Assembly: GCA_963823035.1 (NCBI GenBank)
Contig: CAWGKG010000009.1
Span: 1 to 35,983, forward strand
Direction of reading: 5' to 3'
DNA length: 35,983 bases
Source: an uncultured Gemmatimonadales bacterium
GTDB taxonomy: Bacteria; Gemmatimonadota; Gemmatimonadetes; Longimicrobiales; Gaopeijiaceae
Position numbers and translations under genes: made by a program. Of the stretch, positions 29,415 to 35,983 are shown in pieces. Each line of letters opens with the position of its first letter. Within the stretch, counting starts at the first letter, position 1. A model generated the notes under the pieces. It searched no databases. It was not told the DNA's origin and saw only the letters and a program-made list of their open reading frames with translations.

Positions 29415-29816
29415 ATGGACACGAGTACCCTGAACTGGCTGGCCGTCGCGGCCGCCGCCGTGAGCAGCTTCGTCATCGGAGGCCTCTGGTACGGCCCCGT
29501 GTTCGGCAAGGCCTGGATGCGCGCGACCGGCATCACGAAGGAGAAGGCGGCGCAGGCGAACATGGGCAAGGTCTTCGGCCTGTCGTTCGTTCTCCAGCTC
29601 ATCGCGGCCGCCGTGCTGGCGATGTTCATCGGCGCCGAGGCGACCGTCGGCTTCGCGGTCGCGGCCGGGGCGGCGGTCGGGGTCTTCTGGATCGCGCCCG
29701 CGCTCGGCGTCGTCTACCTCTTCGAGCAGCGCTCCTTCGTCCATTGGGCGATCAACGCCGGCTACCACGCCGTGGCGTTCACCGTGATGGGGCTCATCCT
29801 GGGCGCGTGGCACTGA
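29415..29816 (+). CDS. DUF1761 family membrane protein
   Basis: NWLAVAAAAVSSFVIGGLWYGPVFGKAW, LFEQRS, INAGY; four hydrophobic segments; AGGAGG RBS. Confidence 0.92.
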   Translation: MDTSTLNWLAVAAAAVSSFVIGGLWYGPVFGKAWMRATGITKEKAAQANMGKVFGLSFVLQLIAAAVLAMFIGAEATVGFAVAAGAAVGVFWIAPALGVVYLFEQRSFVHWAINAGYHAVAFTVMGLILGAWH

Positions 29817-29817
29817 G

Positions 29818-30777
29818 ATGCATGTGCGTGGTGGGGTCTTGCTGATCGCGGCCACGGCTGCGTCGGCGTGCGGCGGAGGCGGTGGGGACGCCACGCCCCG
29901 CGGTGTCGCGGCCACATGGCTTCCCGACACCGCGACCGTCCTCTACATGGCGTCGCCCGAAGGGGACGCGGACCTCTTCGTGCGCCGCGGCAGGGACGGC
30001 CGGCCGGTGAACCTGACGGCGCATGCCGGCCAGGACCACTGGGGGAGCTTCTCGCCCGACGGCACACGCCTGGTCTTCCAGACGCTGCGCGACGGCAACC
30101 GCGAGATCTACGTGGCGAACGCGGATGGCTCGGACCCGGTGAACGTGAGCCGCCACGAGGCCGAGGACCTCCTCCCGGAGTGGTCGCCCGACGGCGGGCG
30201 CATCCTCTTCTTCTCGAACCGGGGCGTGCCGTGGGGGCCGAACGGCGAGTTGGCGGGGAACCTCTGGGTCATGGACGCGGACGGGGCCAACCCCCGGCGG
30301 CTGACGCGCGACCCGGTGCCCTCGACCTACTCCGGAACGTGGGCGCCGGACGGACGCTCCGTCCTCTTCCCGCGTCCCGTGGACGGCGACGACACCGACC
30401 TGCGCGTGCTGGCCGTGGAGACGGGGGAGGAGCGGGTGCTCCTCGAGCGCGCCGGCGCGGACGGGGGCGGCCGCTACAGCCCGGACGGCACGAAGATCGC
30501 CTTCGCCGCCCAGGACGGTGAGGCGTCGCGCATCGCGACCGTGTCCGCGGACGGGAGCGGCCTCCGCTTCCTCACGTCCGGCGGGCAGCACCACTACCCC
30601 ACCTGGTCGCCCGACGGGCGGTGGATCCTCTTCACCGGCGCGCCGTTCGGCGAGACCCGCTTCGACCTCCTCGTGGTGCCGGCCGACGGCGGCACGGTGG
30701 AGCCGCTCGTGACGAGCGCCGCCGACGAGCGGGCGGGCCGGTGGGCGCCGGCGGTCCTCGCCGGCCGGGACCCGTAG
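29818..30777 (+). CDS. TolB-like PD40 beta-propeller protein, probable lipoprotein
   Basis: Possible lipobox ASAC; repeated FSPDG, WSPDG, WAPDG, YSPDG blades. Confidence 0.9.
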   Translation: MHVRGGVLLIAATAASACGGGGGDATPRGVAATWLPDTATVLYMASPEGDADLFVRRGRDGRPVNLTAHAGQDHWGSFSPDGTRLVFQTLRDGNREIYVANADGSDPVNVSRHEAEDLLPEWSPDGGRILFFSNRGVPWGPNGELAGNLWVMDADGANPRRLTRDPVPSTYSGTWAPDGRSVLFPRPVDGDDTDLRVLAVETGEERVLLERAGADGGGRYSPDGTKIAFAAQDGEASRIATVSADGSGLRFLTSGGQHHYPTWSPDGRWILFTGAPFGETRFDLLVVPADGGTVEPLVTSAADERAGRWAPAVLAGRDP

Positions 30778-30785
30778 CCGCGGCC

Positions 30786-31610
30786 ATGTCGGGCTTCGTC
30801 TTCTTCGCGCACGAGCCCGCGCCGGCGCTCGCCCCTTTCGTGGAGACGCTCTGGGGCGTGCGCGGCGTCGCGCACTTCCACGTCGAATCCGTCCTGCCGA
30901 ACGGCGCGACCGAGCTGATGGTCAACCTCGGGCCGCCCCAGCACGTGGTCGCGTACGGCGAGCGGCAGGCCGACGACATGTACGCCCGCGCGTGGCTCGC
31001 CGGCATCCAGGACCAGCGCCTGGTGCATGCGTCACCCAGCGGGGCGGACCACGTGGCCGTGCGCTTCCGGCCCGGCGGCGCACACGCCTTCTTCGATCTC
31101 CCGATGGACGTGCTCACCGACCAGGTGGTGGAGCTCTCCGACCTCCTCGGCCTGCCCGCGGCGGAGGCGCTGTGGGCTCGCGTCCGCGAGGGCGGCAGCG
31201 ACGAGGCGCGCTGCCGTGCGCTCGAGGCGTGGTTGTTGGAGCGACGGCGCGCGGTGCATCCGTACTTCGCGACCGTGCGGCGCGCGATCGACATCCTGCG
31301 CGGACGGAGCTGGGGAACGCCGGTCGCGGAGGCGTGCCAGCGTCTGGGGCTCAGCCACCGCCACCTGGTGACGCAGTTCCGACGCACCGTGGGGCTGACG
31401 CCGAAGGTGTACGCGCGCGTCGAGCGATTCCAGGGCGTGATCGACGCCTGTCGGGGCCGCGACGAGGTGCCGTGGTCGCGCGTGGCCGCGCGCTTCGGCT
31501 ATGCCGACCAGTCGCACCTCATCCGTGAGTTCCGTCGCCTGGCGATGGTGACGCCGGAGGCGTTCCTCGAGCGCCGCACGCCGGACGGGTCAGCCGTGAT
31601 CGTGCAGTAG
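30786..31610 (+). CDS. AraC family transcriptional regulator (DUF6597-type N-terminus)
   Basis: PAPALAPFVE, VLPNG, VRFRPGG, FRRTVGLTPK, FGYADQSHLIREFR. Confidence 0.93.
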   Translation: MSGFVFFAHEPAPALAPFVETLWGVRGVAHFHVESVLPNGATELMVNLGPPQHVVAYGERQADDMYARAWLAGIQDQRLVHASPSGADHVAVRFRPGGAHAFFDLPMDVLTDQVVELSDLLGLPAAEALWARVREGGSDEARCRALEAWLLERRRAVHPYFATVRRAIDILRGRSWGTPVAEACQRLGLSHRHLVTQFRRTVGLTPKVYARVERFQGVIDACRGRDEVPWSRVAARFGYADQSHLIREFRRLAMVTPEAFLERRTPDGSAVIVQ

Positions 31611-31621
31611 GTGCGCGCGGC

Positions 31622-32200
31622 TTACGCGTGAGCCGCCCCGTCCGCGCTCGCCTTCCACGACCGCCTCCACTCGATGTGCCCGCGCGCCGACAGCAGGAGG
31701 AACGCGGCGTAGAGGAAGGCGGTGAGAAGGAGGCCGCGGCTCACCCACAGCGAGACGTACACCACGTCCAGGCACACCCATACGGCCCAGTTCTCGAGGT
31801 ACTTCCGGCTCATCATGTACTGGGCGCACAGGCTACACGCCGTGAGGCCCGCGTCCAGCCATGGCAGCGCCGCGTCCGTGTGCCGGGCGAGCAGCCCGCC
31901 GATCGCCGCCGTGAGGGCGACCGCGAGCAGTGGCAGGACCGCACGCTCGAGCCGAGGCGTCCGTGTGACAGGTAGAGGCGCTCGTCCCGTCCCGCCGAAC
32001 CTCCAGTGGTACCATCCGTACAGCGCGATGCCGGCGTACACGAGCTGCAGCCCCGCCTGCGCGTAGAGCCGCTCGCGGGAGAAGATCACCGAGTAGAGCA
32101 GGACCTGCACGAGCGACGTCGGCCACGCCCAGACCTTCTCCCGTACCGCGAGGTACACGGCGGCGATGCCGAACGCGACCGCGACGGGCTCGACGTTCAT
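31622..32200 (-). CDS. pnuC: PnuC-family nicotinamide riboside transporter
   Basis: VWAWP, LYAQAGLQ, YGWYHW, PWLDA, AQYMMSRKYLENWAVW. Confidence 0.93.
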   Translation of the reverse strand: MNVEPVAVAFGIAAVYLAVREKVWAWPTSLVQVLLYSVIFSRERLYAQAGLQLVYAGIALYGWYHWRFGGTGRAPLPVTRTPRLERAVLPLLAVALTAAIGGLLARHTDAALPWLDAGLTACSLCAQYMMSRKYLENWAVWVCLDVVYVSLWVSRGLLLTAFLYAAFLLLSARGHIEWRRSWKASADGAAHA

Positions 32201-32207
32201 CGCCGCT

Positions 32208-34297
32208 TCACGTCACCGGCTTGCTCTCCCCCTTCACCCACTTCCCGTACCACGCCAGGTAGCGCTCGTAGCGGTCCTTCTGGTAGGAGGGCACGGCGAT
32301 GCCGTGCCCCTGTCCCGGATACACGACCAGCTCGGTGGGCACGCCCCGCCGGCGCAGCACCTGGTAGAGCTGCTCGCCGTTCTGGATGGGCACGTTCCAG
32401 TCCTTCTCGCCGCCCATGACGAGCGTGGGCGTGTCGATCAGGTGGGCCTTGTTGAAGGGGCTGATGCGCTCCCAGTTGGCGCGGTTGTCGCCCTCCCACG
32501 GCAGGCCCAGCTCGTGCTCCCAGTACCACTGGTAGTGGTCGTGGCCGTAGTTGGCGACGTACAGCACCTCGCTCGCGCCGCTGATCGCGCCCTTGAAGCG
32601 GTGCGTCTGCGTGATCACGTAGTCGGTGAGGATCCCGCCGTACGACCATCCGCCCACGCCCATGTGGTCGGGGTCGCCCCAGCCCTGGTCGACCACGTAG
32701 TCGACGCCCGCCATCACGTCCTGGAAGTCCTTGTTGCCCCAGTCGGCGAAGATGGCCTCGCTGAACGCCTGCCCGTAGCCCGACGAGCCGCGCGGGTTCG
32801 TGTAGACCACCACGTATCCGTCCGCGGCGAAGAGCTGCGCCTCGAAGTTGAAGGCGTGGCTGAACTGCGAGACGGGCCCGCCGTGGATGCGCAGCAGCAC
32901 GGGCCGGCGCTCACCCTCCCGGTAGTCCGGCGGGAAGCAGACGAAGCCCTCGATCTCCGTCCCGTCCGCGCTCGTGAAGTGGACGTTCTTCGTGTTCCCG
33001 AAGGCGATCTCCTCCATCCACGCGTCGTTGGCGTGCGTCAGGCGCACGAGCTTCGTGCCACCCTTGGCGACGGCGCTGGTGCCGACGCCGTCCACGCGGT
33101 GGATCTCGGCCGGGCGGTCGAGCGTGCCCACCTGCACGGCGAAGGTGCCGCCCGCCCAGTCGAAGCCGCCCGCGGAGATCGGCCCGGACACCGGCCGCTC
33201 GAGCCCCGAGCCGTCGGGGTGGATGCGCACCACGTGGTCCTCGGCCGAGTCCTCCAGGCCGAACCAGATCCAGCGGCCGTCGTCGCTGAAGCGCGGGGAG
33301 GACGGGTTGCGGTCGAGCGATTCGGTGAGGAGGCGCGGCGTGCCGCCCGTGGCCGGCATCACCGCCAGGTACGACGTCGCGTACCAGATCGCGTCCACGT
33401 CCGTGCTGGTCACGTAGGCGAGCGTGCGCCCGTCCGGGCTCCACGCCGGCTGGCCGTCCGAGCCCGGGTTGTTCGTGAGCCGCGTCGGCGCGTCCGTCGG
33501 CTCGGTCAGGCCCGCGTCGACCACCCAGATCTCCGAGTTGGGCTCGGCGTCGGGGTCCTCCGTGCGCGTCGACGAGAACGCGACCTTCGTCCCGTCCGGG
33601 CTCCACGCCGCCTGCCCCTCGTCCCAGCGGCCCGTGGTGAGCTGACGGAGCGCCTTGGTCGCCACGTCGAAGACGTACAGGTGCGTGTGCCGGTCGCCCG
33701 TGAGGTAGCCCACGCCGTCCCGCTTGAACTCGAGGCGGTCGATCACCCACGGGTCCGCCACCGCCTTCGTGGCGGCGTTCTCCTCCTTGTCCGCGTCCTC
33801 CTTCGGGTCGGGATCGCGGATCGACAGCAGCAGCCGCGTGCCGTCCGGGCTCCAGTCGTAGCCGCCCACGCCCTGCTTCACGTCCGTGAGCGGGAAGGCC
33901 TCGCCGCCGCGGCGGTCGAGCACCCACACCTGCGTCTTCGCCGCCGTCGCGCGCGGCCAGGAAGGAGACGTACTTCCCGTCCGGGCTCCAGTCCGGGGAG
34001 GACGCCGACTTCTTCTCGGCCGTGAGCGGGATGGCGTCGCCTCCGGCGGCCGGCACCCTCCAGATGCGCGTGTAGCCCCTGCTCGTCCTCGAGGGAGGTG
34101 TGCGAGACCGTGTACGCGATCCACTTCCCGTCGGGGCTCACCTGCGGCGCGCCGACGCGCTGGACGCGGAACATGTCGTCCACGGTGAGCGGGCGCGGGG
34201 CCGGCCCCGCGGCGACGAGCGTGAGCGCGAGGAGGCCGGGAAGTGCGGGCAGGCCGAGGGCGGCGAGTGCGGGTAGGCGACGGCGGGCGTGCTGCAT
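32208..34297 (-). CDS. S9 family peptidase (dipeptidyl aminopeptidase/acylaminoacyl peptidase), secreted; frameshifts near 34075 and 33935
   Basis: Signal peptide, PQVSPDGKWIAY, WSPDG propeller repeats, IHGGP, NPRGSSGYG, GWSYGG nucleophile elbow, GEKDWNVP, YPGQGHG. Confidence 0.93.
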
Positions 34298-34534
34298 GGC
34301 GGCGGGATCCTGGTGGCCGGAGTGTACGTGCCCCCGGAACGCGGGGCCGCTCCAACGTGTCGCGCCGCACCGGGGCGGACAAGCGCGTCGCGCCGCGTTC
34401 CAACCTACGCGGGCCCGTGGGCGTCCGATAGGGGCGGGGAGGATGGGCACATCCCTGCTCTGGCGCCTTCGTAGCATAAAAAGTAGACTTCGTACCGGAC
34501 CGCGCTCCGACACCCTTCGACGATCGGGGTCCGC

Positions 34535-34861
34535 ATGGCCAAGCTGGGCGAGTTCGAGCTCCTGGTGCTGATGTCGATCCTCCGGCAGGACGACGCCCCC
34601 TACGCCAATCGGGTCCGCGAGGACCTCGAGGAGCACGCCGGGCGGAGCGTGACGCGGGGCGCGCTCTACCGCACCATCGACCGGCTCACCGAGAAGGGGT
34701 TCCTGCGGTGGGAGATGGAGCCGAGCGAGGTGCCGGAGCGGGGGGGCCATCCCATGCGCCGCCTGCTGGTGACCGACGCCGGGCGCGACGCCGTTCGCGC
34801 GACGCGGGACGTTCTCCTCGACTTCTTCGACGGCGTGCGCGCCCGCCTGGACGAGGCATGA
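34535..34861 (+). CDS. PadR family transcriptional regulator
   Basis: LGEFELLVLMSI, VTRGALYRTIDRLTEKG, PERGGHPMR, VTDAG. Confidence 0.93.
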   Translation: MAKLGEFELLVLMSILRQDDAPYANRVREDLEEHAGRSVTRGALYRTIDRLTEKGFLRWEMEPSEVPERGGHPMRRLLVTDAGRDAVRATRDVLLDFFDGVRARLDEA

Positions 34862-35983
34862 GCCCCACGCCTCCTCCCTTCGCGCGCCGGCTCCTGGAGC
34901 GGGCGCTGCGCGGCGACGCGGCCGGCCCCGCGATCCTGGGCGACCTGCACGAGGACTTCGTGCGCGTCGCCCGGGCCCGTGGCCCTGCCGCGGCGCGCCG
35001 CTGGTACGTGCGCCAGGCGCTCATCCTGGCGCTGGCGCGCGGCCCCGCGCGGCGCTTGGGGCGCGCGGCACACCTCGTTCGATCCATCCTCCTCGGAGAT
35101 TCCGACATGACCGGCCCCTCCTGGCTCCGCGGCTTCCTGCAGGACGGCGCGTACGCCGCGCGCACGCTGCGGCGCACGCCCGCCTTCGCCCTCTTCACCG
35201 CGATCGTGATCGGCCTGGGCATCGGCGCCACCACCGCGGTGTTCAGCGTGCTGAAGCCGCTCGTGCTCGCGCCGCTGCCCTTCGCGGATCCCGGCAGGCT
35301 GGTGTGGGTCGCGAACGCAGCCCGGCCCGGGGCGACGTCGCTGTCGGCGTTCACCTCGCGCACGTCCAACCTGCGCGACTTCCGCGAGCGCGCCCGCTCC
35401 TTCGACGGGCTCACCGGCTACAACGCCTTCTTCGACCAGGGCGCGTACACGCTCACCGGCACCGGCGAGCCCGAGCGGCTCGTGGGGGCCGGCGTGGCCG
35501 ACGACTTCCTCGACGTGCTCGGCGTGCGAGCCGCTGCTGGGGCGGACTTCACGCCCGAGGAGGGGCTGTGGGACGGGCCGCCCGCGGTGATCCTGTCGCA
35601 CGGCTTCTGGGTGCGGCGCTTCGCGGCCGATCCGTCGATCGTGGGGCGCGCGATCACGCTCAACGACGAGCCGTTGACGGTCGTCGGCGTGCTGCCGGCC
35701 TCGTTCGACTTCACATCGGTGTTCAGCCCCGGCGTCACCGTCGACTTCCTCCTCCCGTGGCCGATCGCCGACGAGACCGACCGATGGGGCAACACCATGT
35801 TCATGATCGGCCGCCTGCGTCCGGGCGCCACGGCCGAGGCGGCGCAGGCCGAGCTGGACGGCATCGTCACCGCGCTCGAGGAGGAGCAGCCGCGCCGGTG
35901 GGGGCTCGGCGCGAAGGTGACGCCGCTGCAGGAGCAGATGTCGGGGCCCTTCCGCCCCGCGCTCCTCCTCCTCGCCGCGGCCG
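34858..35983 (+). CDS. ADOP-type ABC permease, N-terminal part, running off the window
   Basis: ATGA overlap with PadR; open frame MSPTPPPFARRLLE..ILGDLHEDF..ARRWYVRQ, QDGAYAARTLRRTPAF, LGIGATTAVFSV, ILSHGFWVRRFAADPSIVG, IGRLRPGAT. Confidence 0.92.
   Translation, partial: MSPTPPPFARRLLERALRGDAAGPAILGDLHEDFVRVARARGPAAARRWYVRQALILALARGPARRLGRAAHLVRSILLGDSDMTGPSWLRGFLQDGAYAARTLRRTPAFALFTAIVIGLGIGATTAVFSVLKPLVLAPLPFADPGRLVWVANAARPGATSLSAFTSRTSNLRDFRERARSFDGLTGYNAFFDQGAYTLTGTGEPERLVGAGVADDFLDVLGVRAAAGADFTPEEGLWDGPPAVILSHGFWVRRFAADPSIVGRAITLNDEPLTVVGVLPASFDFTSVFSPGVTVDFLLPWPIADETDRWGNTMFMIGRLRPGATAEAAQAELDGIVTALEEEQPRRWGLGAKVTPLQEQMSGPFRPALLLLAAA

Noticed and set aside
30050..30620. Recurring 'tcgcccgacggc'-like repeats (similar ones at about 33430-34140 on the minus strand)
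   Set aside because: They encode the SPDG turns of PD40 beta-propeller blades; not CRISPR or non-coding repeats.
1..35983. Numerous long antisense or alternative-frame ORFs; tRNA, rRNA, CRISPR, IS or integrase
   Set aside because: The alternative ORFs are Arg/Ala/Pro/Gly-rich shadows of real genes with no motifs. No RNA gene, spacer array, terminal inverted repeat or recombinase was recognised by eye.

Overview
A very GC-rich (roughly 70%+), gene-dense bacterial window. The PadR plus ADOP-permease pairs and many secreted hydrolases suggest a Gemmatimonadota- or Acidobacteriota-like source (inference). About 20 single-base frameshifts, most likely long-read consensus errors, break or fuse genes, so several long ORFs in the supplied track are chimeras. 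Contents in order: (1) a minus-strand run with an S1/P1 nuclease, a small hypothetical protein, a family-5 uracil-DNA glycosylase, a beta-helix lipoprotein, a GH63/MGH1-like hydrolase and a carbohydrate ABC importer; (2) a divergent 2-aminobenzoyl-CoA (abm-like) catabolic cluster: aryl-CoA ligase, creatininase-family amidohydrolase, SDR, RidA, enoyl-CoA hydratase, acyl-CoA dehydrogenase and AbmA; (3) a PadR-ADOP pair flanked by two serine hydrolases and a degenerate PIG-L protein; (4) kynA-kynU; (5) a DGPF/YciI plus ECF42-type sigma operon with its cognate promoter; (6) MOSC, thioredoxin-like, DUF1761, TolB-like, AraC, pnuC, an S9 peptidase and a second PadR-ADOP pair. Most interesting hypothesis: a tryptophan -> anthranilate -> 2-aminobenzoyl-CoA pathway with no kynB in the window, in which the creatininase-family protein is a candidate non-homologous formamidase. 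No CRISPR array, RNA gene or mobile element was recognised.
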